Assembly (NCBI RefSeq): GCF_009914755.1
Contig: NC_060929.1
Strand: one strand, 5' to 3'
DNA: 64,000 nt
Source: the human T2T-CHM13v2.0 reference genome, Homo sapiens
Shown one piece after another: positions 13,836-26,399 of this stretch. A program made the position numbers and the translations under genes. The notes beneath the pieces were generated by a model. It was not told the origin of the DNA, made no database searches, and saw only the letters and a list, made by a program, of their open reading frames with translations. Within the stretch, counting starts at the first letter, position 1. Every line of letters starts with the position of its first letter.

Positions 13836-15802
13836 GCCTACCTGGCCCAGTGAAGGACTCCTATGTACCTCTCCCACTTCAGCCACTCTCTCCTTTCTCC
13901 TTGGGTGTCAACCCTACTGACCTTTCTGCGCCCACACTGCCCTCCTAAATGCTAAACACACCCGGGGTATCGCCAGCACATAACAGCCATATATGTACGT
14001 ATCTAACTGCACAGGCTCCTCAGGAGTCAGCCACTTGCCTTCAAATCGCAACTCCCTCACTTCACGGCTGTGTGAACTTTGTTTACTTCAGCTCTCTGTA
14101 CCTGTTTCAAAACCAAAGGCCACATACGACCTTTTCAAACATACAAAAGTTGACATACGCTGGCTCACAGGAATCCCAACGGCACCCTGGTCAGGCTCCT
14201 GTGCCAGGCTTTTCTCCTCCTCACCCGATTTTTTAAAGAAATGGTAGTATCAACAATAGGCTTTGTCAACAATGTAAAATTAAGCCTAAAATCTGGCTAA
14301 TCTGAATTATTAAAACATCTGGATTGCAGAATATATTTAAGTCAATTTCTTTTAAACTTCCAAGAATAAAATTTAGTGCAATTACGAATGACGTTTCGGC
14401 TTTAAAAGTGCTTTGGTGATCTTAAATACAATCACCTTCGTGCATCCGGAACACAAATGTACGGCAGCCCTACCGCTCCGGAGTCCAGCGATCACAAAAG
14501 GCCTGTGAGGACGCAAAACTGGTATTACTAAATTCCAGTTGTACGGACTCAGTGGCCTTTGCAGACAAACTTTTCAGTCCTTACTATATGACAAGTCCAG
14601 TAGGATGTTTCACAGGGGCCTGGATTAGCAGGTGACATTCTGCTGTTAATCCCCTCCCCCAGCCTGCACGCCAGGTACTCTCCCACACGACCATTTTAAG
14701 TTTCATTTCCTCAGCCCCTATTATCTGAAATACTCTTGCTTACTTTTTTTTCACCTTGGGGTCTGTCTCCACACCTGGGCTGTGTGCTCCGTGACAGCAG
14801 GGGCCTGACATCACCCTAGCTCCTGGCACCGCAGCTGGCTGACATTGGGAGCGCCATAAAGCCCTACCAAGTGAAGCAATGAACATGTGAACACAATTAT
14901 CCGGAAGTTATCTGGAAAGCGCTTCCACAAGAAGATGCATGAAGAGCTCCGTCTTGGTGCCTAGGGTCCCTCTCCCTTCAGGACAGCTGGAACAGGGACC
15001 GTCCCCCTTTCCACACCCCTCAGCCCAGGCTGCTTGCTGAAGGCGTCAGAGGCCCTCCCAGGCCCCGGCTCCAAGGTGGGGCCAAGGAACCACTGCAGAG
15101 CCAGGCCTCTGGCCAGGGTACACGTTTCCTCCTATTTCTTGACCCTGTCTGCTATCCTAGTCGCTGCCCCCATTGTTCTTTCCTTCTTCTCTGGCCCCTG
15201 AGGCTCCCTGTTTGGGCTTCTGCCTTCCTCGCCTGCTTCAGAGTGGCATTCAGGCTCACCCTCTCCCCTCGTCTCTTGACCTTGGAAAAGGGCATGGAGT
15301 CTCCAGAGGCTCCTACTAATACCACGTATGGCTGACATAAGATAAACCACAAGGAGGGGGGTCTCTCCTGGACCTGCCCCCTCTCAGGCCGTTGGTTCAC
15401 CAAGTCCATTTGGTGAATATCAAATGGTGCCTCGGGGCCATCAGACCAGGGCACGCATGGCAGTCTGCCCTGGATGCCTGGGCCCTACACCTGGATACAC
15501 TTATGAAGCTGCGGAGCATTTGGCTTCCACTGATTTTTTTAAAAACAAAACTGAGATTTAGCTCACTGATGGTTCCAGAGCAATCTAGGACACCAAGTGC
15601 CAAAATGGAACTGAAGTCACATGAAAAAGCCTCAGTGTGAGACTCAACTAGAACCTGCTGCAATCAAGCTCTAAGAATGTACTTTGTAAGTAGATAAACA
15701 ACTTCCAACAGTTATTTCTCTTTCAGACAAGGCACCCAAAGACTTGTCCAATGGCATTTCATCTCGAAGGTAGCAAGAGTCAAATTCCTGTTCCATTGCA
15801 AT

Positions 15803-16025
15803 CTTTTTGTTTTTTTGTTTTTTTTTTTTTTGAGACAGGGTCTTACTCTGTCACCCAGGTTGGAGTACAGTGGGCTGATCACAGCTCACTGCAATCTCCA
15901 CCTCCCGGGCTCAGGTGATCCACCTCAGCACCCCTGGCTGGTCTCAAACCCTTGGACCCAAGGGATCCTCCTGCCTTGGCCTTCCAAAGTGCTGGGATTA
16001 CAGGTGTGAGCCACGGCACCAGGCC
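15803..16025 (-). mobile_element. AluJ with internal deletion
   Basis: Both Alu ends present but central A-rich linker missing; TSD ttg(c/t)aatcttttt. Confidence 0.85.
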
Positions 16026-17917
16026 AGTTGTAATCTTTTATTTCTAGCCTAGCTCTAAACTTTCTCCCTGTCTGGGATGCCCCTTCTTTCTGCACAGATA
16101 GGGAAAAAACAAATGTATGAAGTAAGACAAAGTATACTGCATAGAAAACCACCAATGGGTAAAAGCTTAAAGTTATCAAAATTAAAACTACAGGTAGTAG
16201 GGGGAGGTGGCACAGGAATATGCTACCTCAAAGGACGGGGAGTCTCTCATTTTCAATCCAATATATTACTAATCCTTGGTAATAATAATCATTATATGTG
16301 TGTATAATATATGGTTATGTGAATGTATAGCTATATAATATCTATACACTCCTATCTGGTTACGCCTTGTTAACCAGTAAAGCATTCTTAGAAAAAAATT
16401 CTTATGTTTGTTCAGTATATATCACAAACTGTTGGTTCAAAATATTTATCAATAATTACTACTTAATTGTGAAAATATTGCATTTCATTAAAGCAACCCT
16501 AATCACATTTCTGCCAAATCTCTCCCTTCTTTCAACCTCTAAAATGAGTAGGCCCCATAAATATGTACTGCACATATCAAATAGCTTATCAATACATTTC
16601 ATTCTACAAGTATGTATTAAAAATGCCTGTTCTGTGAAAATTCTATGAAGAGAGCTGGTGGGAGTGCCTAGGTGCCAAGAGGAAAATAAAAGTCCTGCTT
16701 CCAGAAATGTTAAAATGTCATGAAGGGGATACATACGAGTAAATCAACCCATGATCTCAAAACTGAACCTGACATTTACACTTTTCTGGAAATGTTTTCT
16801 TAACCAGCTAGTTAACCCATATCCCACTCTAAGCATTTCTGTAAATGTCATCTTCAAGTACTTGGTTTACTGTGTCATTTTATGTAGAAAGTTGTTTCAT
16901 TGTTCAATTAAATGTCAACATAATGTTGATGTACTAGGAAGGAACTTGTAAGAAAATGGAAACTAGAAAACTAGAGAAAAGTAGCTTTTACAGACTCTAC
17001 TACAACTGATTATAATTACCACACACACAAACATGCCCCATATACCCATGGCTGAAAGGGGATGCTTGTCTTTAATACAATGACAAAAATATATTTTGGT
17101 GCCCTTGTTCCTAGAGAGTTACCAGTTTCCACTTTCTTTGGCAAGAAAATTGTCCAACTCCTTTTCTTGTTTAATAATGTTCTGTCTACTTCATATCCAA
17201 ATTTCAATGGCCCCAATTAGAATTCCAATGAAGGCATCTAACTGACTCATACAAAAGTTGTTCACAGCAATGGGGCTAAAATGCAGACTTTCACTCTGGG
17301 CACAATTATGCTCATATGAGCAGGAATTAATTGTCTGCTTCCTTTCTGTACTCTTGATCTCCCCCTTCTCAGAGTTAGATATTAATATAAACAGTGATAC
17401 AATTAATGTACTCCCTGTAAAGGGAACCCAAGTAATCACATTTTCAACAATAGGAACTGTGGTTTTAAAAAGTTTTACAATATCAAAATGGTATATTGGT
17501 CCAATGTTTAAACTGTGGAAATGCTTAACAAATCTTTAAAATGCAATAGGTTTTTAAAAATGTTCAATAGCTTAGATTTCCAACAACTATCATCTAATGT
17601 TAAAAACTCAACATTAAAACATTCAAGTAGATTCTACATTATGTGCTGGGAAACACTTTTTTAAAAAATTTCAGGCCATCACTTTCTGATTCAAGAAAAG
17701 CACTTATTGGCATAAGTTTTTAAGAGGACATTAAGTTATTTGCCTCTCTTGAGTGAGTTCGTGCCAAAGAAAATTATGTTTCCTGGAATTAAAGGACTGC
17801 ATTCTTCATATTTTTACATTTTAAACTCCTTTTTAAATTAGTCATAATATTTTTAAAAAGATAACTAGCCAGTGAAACAGACTGAAGAATAAGTACGTAC
17901 GTATATATCACAATTAC

Positions 17918-17952
17918 CTTTTGCCTGGTCCAAAGTCTTCACCTTCAGGCAT
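17918..17952 (-). CDS. RETREG1: Coding part of the alternative first exon of RETREG1/FAM134B isoform 2 (reticulophagy regulator 1); MPEGEDFGPGK + 2 nt
   Basis: Reverse complement reads ATG CCT GAA GGT GAA GAC TTT GGA CCA GGC AAA AG|gtaatt. Matches the recalled isoform-2 N-terminus MPEGEDFGPGK-SWEVINS; canonical donor at 17917; purine at -3; no upstream minus-strand ATG from 17953 to 18279. Confidence 0.9.
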
Positions 17953-18720
17953 TTCTGCCCTTTAAAAATAATAACAGTGGCAAAGGCTGCAGCACCTGCT
18001 AACCACGGCTAATGTGGCCAAACAATAGTTTCTTTTCTACTCTAATGCTGAATATCAGGAGGAAAAAAACCCAGTAGAGACGTTCTTTCCTTTTTGGAAA
18101 AAAAGTGCTCCTCCCTTACTCAGAAAGTTGGTGTTTACAAACTTCCAAAGCGCCTGCCTCCCTTGAATGAAGCTAGGAGCTGGGTTATTATCACTGCCCC
18201 CTTCTAAAAATAAATAGGTCACCTCTTACTCCCAGTACTGTGACAGGCGGCTGGAAGTGAGCCCTGCCCAGCTGCCCCGCATTCTCTCTCCAGTCCTGTG
18301 AGAAGGTGTCCCCGCTCAGCCAGTAACCTTCATTGGATGACTTCACCTAGGCCCGCCTGCCCTTTTTCTTCCCCCGGCTTTTTTTTTTTTTTTTCTGGCA
18401 TGACTAGGCACCCACCTAAGGGTGGAGTGGCCACAGGAGGTTGAAACATCACCCTGGGCTATCAAATCTCCTCCTTCAAGTCACAGGAGGGAGTTGGAGA
18501 GCAGACAGCAAAACAGGCTGTACCTGTGAGGGTTGGGGGTTTTGTTTGGAGAACGCCTAGCCACTCGGCAAAAAGATCCCTTACTCAAAAAGGTTTAAAA
18601 CAAAAGCCATTATGCAATGGGGTTTTGAGGGATATTGCTTTGCAAGAAAATCTTTTCGGGTCATCTAGATTTCTCAACTCACCGGAAGCATGCACACGAA
18701 TGTTGAGTTCACGTGTTCAT
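17953..18720 (-). promoter_or_regulatory. RETREG1: 5' UTR and internal promoter of FAM134B-2 (exact TSS not determinable)
   Basis: Repeat-free region upstream of the ATG with TGTTTAC (18132-8), CTAAAAATAA (18204-13), AGGTCA (18216-21), ATTGG (18332-6), TGACTTCA (18338-45), GCCCGCC (18351-7), ATTATGCAAT (18609-18), TCACGTG (18709-15). Confidence 0.7.
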
Positions 18721-18930
18721 CTGGGCAAAACGCTTTCTCCCCAGGACTTCCCTGTCCTTAGGGGCAGCCTGACACTGGCACAGGAAGGATTGTGGGTCTG
18801 GATGTTTTCATAGTTTGGCTTGTCACTGAAGAGAGCCATCCCTCATTTGCTTTTTTAAAAGAGTACGACAAAAATCCCTTCAAATCTTGCTCTCAAAAAG
18901 GCCAGAAGAAATATTACTGAGATTTCTTTA

Positions 18931-19422
<492 letters not shown>

Positions 19423-19847
19423 TTATCTATATTTAATGTATATTTTACCATTTGTATGTGTGAAAGTGACTTTCTACCACATTAAAGAAATGTCAAAACA
19501 AATAATATCTGCTTTCTTTTGGATAGTGTTAGTTATTTTGTGATGTATGCATCTCACAATTAACAATTCCTTAAGGCATTTCATATTTTACGCAAGACCT
19601 AACATTTTAGACACTTCAAAGTCTAAGATGAACTGGGTGTGGTTACTCAGACACACAACTGAAATACCAGGGACTTGAAAGAAAACAGTCATAGGCTGAG
19701 CTCTGAAGGTCGGGGTGTGCGAGAGCCTGTCAGAGGCAGGGCAATGTGCTATACTATTAGAAATTCCAGGTTTTTAAATAACTGAAAAGTTGAAATGCTG
19801 AAAATATTATCAATGATAATATTTTGGCACTTGTACAAAATCTTATC

Positions 19848-20182
19848 GGCTGGGGGTGGTGGCTCACACCTGTAATCCTAGCACTTTGGGAGGCCGAGGC
19901 AGGCAGATCACCCGAGGTTAGGAGTTCGAGACCAGCCTGGCCAATATAGTGAAACCCTGTCTCTACTAAAAATACAAAAATTAGCCGAGCGTGGTGACGC
20001 ATGCCTGTAATCCCAGCTACTCGGGAGGCTGAGGCAGAAGAATCACTTGAGCCTGGGAGGCGGAGGTTGCTGTAAGCCTAGATTGCACCACTGCACTCCA
20101 GTCTAGGTGACAGAGTGAGAACCTGTCTCGAAAAAACAACAAGAACAACAACAACAACAAAAAAAAAAAAAAAAAAAAAAAA
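19848..20182 (+). mobile_element. AluSx-like
   Basis: Full dimer, (AAC)n + A tail; TSD aaaa(t/c)ct(t/a)atc. Confidence 0.9.
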
Positions 20183-20445
20183 CCTAATCAACACAAAAGG
20201 CTAATTCTCTTATCTAACTTTCAGCTCTGATCATTCTAACCCATGAATTTTACCTTTTCTTTCTCCTGAGCTTCTAGCTTACTATTTCTTGCATACCTGA
20301 ACATAACTGTTGTTGATCTTAGTTGCTGGTTACCACAGAACTGAATATATCCCTGAGACCTGCCTCTTAATTGTAAAGGATGATGAACTGATTTAGTGCT
20401 ATAACAGATGAATTAGCTATTACCAACAGGAAATATTTACCATTA

Positions 20446-20863
20446 CAGACAGTCCCCAACTTAGGATGGCTCAACTTCACAACTGTTTGACTTTACAGTG
20501 GTGCAAAACAATACACTTTCAGCAAAAACTGTGCATCAAATTTTAAATTTTGATCTTTTTCTGGGCTAGCGACATGTGGTGGGGTACTCTCTTATGAAGC
20601 TGGGCAGCAGCCAGGAGCCTCAGCTCCCAGTCAGCCCCACGATCAAGAGGGTGGGCAGCCGGTACTCTGCAGTGAACTGTGATGCCAGTTGATTCTACCC
20701 AACCATAGGCTGATGTAAGTGTTCTGAGCATGTTTAAGGTAGGCTAGATTACACTTTGATGTTCAGTAGGCTAGATGGATTAAACGTATTTTCAACCTAC
20801 AATATTTTCAACTTAGGATGGGTTTCTCAGGCTATAACCCCACAGTAGGTCAAGGAGCACCAG
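20446..20863. mobile_element. MER47-family (Tigger-derived) element
   Basis: TA-flanked ends cagacagtccccaactta / taggtcaaggagcaccag; internal aagtgttctgagcatgtttaaggtaggctag. Confidence 0.75.
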
Positions 20864-20972
20864 TACTTTGTTTTAGCGCCCTGTCATGCATGTTAAAATT
20901 GCTTGTTCCAACCATGGAGTCCCCTTTAGGTACATTTGTGGTAATTCCTACAATTCACAGGAACAAGGATGG

Positions 20973-21329
20973 TGTATTAGTCCAGCCCCGTATTACTATA
21001 AAGAAATACCTAAGACTGGGTAATTTATAAAGAAAAGAGGTTTAATTGGCTCATGGATCTGCAGGCTGTACAGGAAGCATGGCTGGCATCTGCTCAGCTT
21101 CTGGGGAGGCCTCAGGAAACTTAGAATCATGGTGGAGGGGGAAGGGAGAGCAGGCACATCGCATGGCCAGAGCTGGAGCAAGAGAGAGTATGAAGGGGGG
21201 ATGGTGGTAACCATTCATGAGAACTCCACCCCCATGATCCCCCATCACCTCCCAGCAGGCCCCACTTTCAACACTGGAGATCACAATTCAGTATGAGATT
21301 TAGTGGGGACACAGATCCAAACCCTATCA
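20973..21329 (-). mobile_element. MSTB-like solo LTR with internal deletion
   Basis: tgtattagtcc...ggggacacagatccaaaccctatca; 5-bp TSD-like gatgg/gaggg. Confidence 0.88.
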
Positions 21330-22179
21330 GAGGGAAAACAAGGACAGTACAGACAACAGATCCCGAGTGTAGCTACACAATCGACAAGTGTCCCCCCACT
21401 GAAGGCCTAACATGGCTTCTTCACCCAGATGGCACCTTTCACCCTGCTGGGGACTAAGGTGCTAAGCGTTTCCTCACTGACCTGAAACCTACTAGACATC
21501 TAGAACTTAAGGACTCACAGAATTCAGATGTGGGAGAGACCCTGAGTGCCACAGAAGTGATCACCAAGATTTTTAGATGCTGAAACTGTGGAACAGCAAA
21601 GTCAGGTGACTTGCGGGTGACAGAGGCAGGAGTCACCTCTCCAGGTCACTATGCCTTGGCTGGGTGTCCTTCCACTCCAGCAGAGCCTACACATGCTGCA
21701 GAAGCCCAAGGGACCAGATACCTCCACATTTTAAATTTTCCTGTATATACTCTCTTTCCAAATGTATCTCCATTTAATATTAGTAATATACTTTAAATGG
21801 ACATTTTTATTCTCCTTTGCAATTTCATCATATAGTATGCCCTAGAAAACCATTGCCACTTCAAAGCTAAACGTTCACCTTTCTTGACACCTTTTTCCCC
21901 TTCACATAACCATCAGTCCGAGTTTTTTTTTTTCTATCTCCTCTACAGCTGCTTTGATTAAAGCTCTGGAACTTTCTATCTGAGACACTAGGAGAGACCT
22001 TCCCCCTCTTGGATGTCATAGGAAAATATTAGCAATGAATGGCCAAATGCAGATGCCAGCGTGAAGACAGGTTGTCTCTTCATATCCCTTCCCAACTTTA
22101 GTACACATGGCCTTCCAAAATTAAAACTACATTTCTCAGACTTGTTGGAGCCAAATGAGGCCTTCTGTGATTGTTCTGA

Positions 22180-23240
22180 TTGAGGAGATGTCAGCAGAAA
22201 CATCAGGCTGCTCCAGGTGCCAGAAACGGGATTCAAAGTAGACCTCTAGTGATTCCCAGAAACACCGAGAGACCAAGCGAAGGTAACTGCCAGGGCCCAC
22301 TGTGCCCATTGATCTCTCGCAGCAACTGGGGTCATGGTTGAGTTCTCTCTTGGATTCTGAGCTCTGTGAATTTGCATTTTGGGCTCTCTGAGTATATTTG
22401 AGCACTTTGTTTGGAGCAGATTGGTTCAGAAGTCATGACAGAAATAGGGCTGGGTCTGTAGGAAGGCCTCAGGTGTCTGACTGGGTCAAATTAGAAACTG
22501 GACTGGGTTCAGTAGCTAGGTAAGATTACCAGAAGACAGGGAATCATGGGCTCATCTGGCTCTGAGGATTCTAGAACTCAACCATCTAGAACTCCAGCCA
22601 ATTTCATGTAAAAGAACTTTGGATCCAGAACCTGTGCTTTTCTAAATAAATGTTGTGACCCTTAGCAAAGGCAACATAGAGTTACAGCAGCCACAGTGGG
22701 GAAACTCCTTACAAAAGGCAAATGGACACATGTCTTTAGAGCCGCAACAGCTACAGGGACCAAGGGGACCTCCTTGCACACGTTTTAAACCAAAATCAAG
22801 GAGTCCCAAACTCAAGAACTCCATGCCCCAATATGTGCCTTTATTTAAATGGCCAGGCCACTGGAAAAGACATTGTCCATTTTTACACCAGCCATCCGAT
22901 GGACCGGCTCTTTTTGGTTTGGACTGTTTCTCCACTAGAGGAAGCCCCAAAGCCTCACTCTTAAGACAATAATCAACCAGTCTCTCAGACAGAAGAAAGA
23001 ATATCTCCATGGTGGGCATTTCAAGTCAAGTCTATATCCTCATATCTGAACCTATCTGCCACTTGGGCCATTTTCAGAAAAACATTTGCAAGAATGAGTC
23101 CTGTTTTCTCTGTTCGATGCTCCTTCTCCCACGGGAGCCTCTCAGTTGACTGAAACCCCTGTTCTCAAACCCCTGACTCTGTGCCCTGCCACCTCTGTCC
23201 ACTTCTTCCTTGTCATGATCTTTGATGAGACAAATTATTT
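22180..23240 (+). mobile_element. ERV1-class internal fragment (leader and degenerate gag)
   Basis: ATG GGC TCA TCT (MGSS, myristoylation-like start) at 22546, matrix-like TPANFM..RTCAFL..LQQPQWG, and a CCHC-knuckle remnant ..KWPGHWKRHCP at 22836-22879; stops and frameshifts. Confidence 0.65.
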
Positions 23241-23876
23241 TACGCTGACTGGTAACTCTATTCTGACAGCACTTTCTTTTTTTAAAAATTCATATTGTGT
23301 TTAATATCTAGGACAGACTAAACATATAATTTAAATTAACTTCAAAACATAATTTTAAATATGATTAACATTGATCTTTTTAAGATATGCCTGAATTAAA
23401 TTTGGTCAAAACACAAAAATTATTTATATACTGCTATTAAGGAATTTGTCACTCTCATTCTGAGTTAAAACTTAATTTAAAAGCTGGGTTTGGGGAGAGG
23501 AGATCATGGGTGCTTTTGCTTGATTTATGGGGAGGAGATGAATAACCTAGAGCTCAAGGCTCTCTAGGAGCCATCTCCCTCCCACATTCTTATTTTTAAC
23601 CTAGAAGGAATGAAGTGTTGAACCTTCTGCAAATACGGGAGAGCCCAAAGGTCCTGTTTTCTACTTGTGGGATCTGTAACCAGAAATTTGGCCCAAAGAA
23701 GGCCTGCTGGTTCTCAGCACCACCTCACGCCACCTGCGTGAGGTTGGTACAGATATTTTCATTTTGGAATTTGTATTTTTGCCTTGTTTCACTTGTATCT
23801 TCAGTATATTCCGTGTTATTTTTCCATTCATTAGATATTTAATGTTTCTATCTTATTTTGAAATGTTTTAGCTTAA

Positions 23877-24578
23877 TTTTTTTATTTCAATAGTTTTTAG
23901 GGAACAAGTGGTATTTGGTTACATGGATAAGTTCTTTAGTGGTGATTTCTGAGATTTTGGGATACCCATCACCTGAGCAGTTTATACGGTACCCAGTGTG
24001 CAGTCTTTTATCCCTCACCTCCCTCCCACCATTCCCCCCAAGTCCCCAAAGTCCACTGTATCATTCCTATGCCTCTGCGTCCTCATAGCTTAGCTCCCAC
24101 TTATAAGTGAGAACATATGATGTTTAGTTTTCCATTCCTGAGTTACTTCACGTAGAATAACGGTCTCCAACTCCATCCAGGTTGCTGCGAATGCCATTAT
24201 TTCATTCCTTTTTATAGCTGAGTAGTATTCCATGGCATGCATATATATATATAATATATATTATATAAATATATGTGCATATATATTATATATGTGTATA
24301 TATATTATATATATATATAAAATTTTCTTTATCCACTCATTGATTGATGGGCATTTGGGTTGGTTCCACATTTTTGCAATTGTGACTTATGCTGCTATAA
24401 ACATGCATATGCAATTGTCTTTTTCATATAATAGCTTCTTTTCCTCTGGGTAGACACCCAGTAGTGGGATTGCTGGATCAAATGATAGTTCTACTTTTTG
24501 TTCTTTCAGGAATCTCCACACTGTTTTCCATAGTGGTTGTACTACTTTACATTCCCACCAGCAGTGTAAAAGGGTTCC
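23877..24578 (-). mobile_element. L1PB-like 3' end with internal (TA)n
   Basis: ggtatttggttacatggataagttctttagtggtgatttctgaga; ORF 24387-24599 [32 protein letters not shown] is L1 ORF2. Confidence 0.9.
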
Positions 24579-25739
24579 TGGAACCTGGAAGCCCCACAAG
24601 TATCTCCAAGAAACAAGTGCAAAGAATCCATCACCTTTCTGAAACTTGCTCCTCCTTTATCCTTGTCTATTTCTTCTCTTAAAGAAACATAATAAATACT
24701 TTATGTCATTCTCATAATCTCCTTATTCCAATCTGTTTTCTTCATATAACTTGGCAATATCTCAATTTATCTATTTTTGGCCTGAGAATTTTTTTAGTTT
24801 TAATCCTTATACGTTTCACATTATAGAACTGTATACATAAAAACACTAACACAACTGGGGGAGACAAAGGTTTGCAGATCAAGATAAATGATTTCTAGCA
24901 ATAACTCACTTGTCAGGAGGTCACAAACATGACAACTGCAGTTAAGGATCAGGAAGTAAGTTAGAAGAAGGTAGTTGAGCCACTAGAATAATGTCACCAA
25001 GTCAACGCAGCAAAGTACATCCATTTTATTCCTAGAACAGCTTCTCAAAAACTCATTCAAATCCTCTTCACTATTACTCAACATATAGTCTGCAGTCACA
25101 TGATTTCCCAGCCCCAGAGCAAATTAGAAAGCTCCTAGAGCCAGGCACAGCAATGCGCGAGGGAAATGACAGAAAACCGTGAGGGAAAAGAAAAACTCTA
25201 AAAACCATGGCAGACCAAGAGCAAACACATTTGAGGCTATTCAGAGTAGGGGCTTTAACAAATCTAAGTCAGACCTGAAAGAATGAAAAACATATATGAT
25301 GACCCTGAAAAGATTTAACTATCTTCAGTAGATTGTGTTTGCCAAAGGACAGAAGCATACACTAAATTAAGAAATAGTTCCATGTAAATAGTTGAAATAA
25401 AGCAAAAAAAAAAAAAAAAGTGCAACTTAAAGGAATAACCTTCAGTTGTCTATACCATGCACCCCAAATGTCTGGTAAATGGGATATTCGTACATTTATA
25501 CTACTTATAAAATACACAAAGTAGTTCATATAAAAAGAATACAGCATCTTTTTCATCCATATATGATTGAAACTATAAAAGACCCCTTCGAGGTAGAGAT
25601 AGCTCAAGTCAGCTTCTCTCTGAGTAGGAACTTTATATTGTGTCCTGAGTGATCAGCTGTATTTATCAATCAGCCCAAGTGACTGAAAAATCTTCTTAAA
25701 TGACAGAAGACACAGAGATCAAAAACACCTCCCCTAAGT

Positions 25740-25928
25740 CAGTCTTTCTAAAAATGTTGTCTGTAGAACAGCACAACCGAATCTCCAGAAGAACTTGCTT
25801 CAAAATGCAGATCCTGAGTCCCAGTTGAAATTCCAAGAATCAGAATCGCTGGGGGAAGGGCCTGAGCACCCGCATCTTAGCACATTTCCCCCAAACATTT
25901 CTGGTACAAGTGAAGTCTGAGAATTGCG
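25740..25928. mobile_element. MER5A-like
   Basis: aaaatgcagatcctgag...gaatcagaatcgctggggg..gggcctg...gaagtctgagaa. Confidence 0.65.
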
Positions 25929-26158
25929 GGGTAAATTATCACCTTGAAGCCAGGAGGAGACTGGCCAGGTCTGTGAATTCACCCTCTCCCACTCTTGCCT
26001 CTAGTGTGCCCAATCAGGCTGTATTCCTGGTTTTGACATTTCTTAAACTACACAGTAGACAATAAAGTTAAACATGTACCTCTAAATGTTTTTTCACAAG
26101 ACATATAACAAAAAAAAAAATCTAACAAGCCCAAATTAATTCCAAAAAGATCATAAGA

Positions 26159-26300
26159 GGCCAGGTGCAGTGGCTCATGCCTGTAATCTCAGAACCTTGG
26201 GAGGCAGAGTTGGGAGGATCGCCTGAGCCCATGAGTTCAAGACCAACCTGATCAACACTGTGAAATCCCCATCTCAAGAAAAAAGTAAATGAAAAAAAAA
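26159..26300 (+). mobile_element. FLAM monomer
   Basis: Single Alu arm with A tail; TSD atcataaga. Confidence 0.85.
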
Positions 26301-26399
26301 ATCATAAGATTTCTAAACCGTATATGTGAGGCTTGAAGCAACAGATGCCTGCAGGGGGAACAATACTGAGTGAGGAAAAGTAATCCCTAAGGAGCATGG

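Noticed and set aside
15152-15663. Overlapping 82-100-aa ORFs with an acceptor-like ttgcagcag at about 15655 on the minus strand
   Set aside because: No recognisable protein, weak pyrimidine tract and no matching strong donor found
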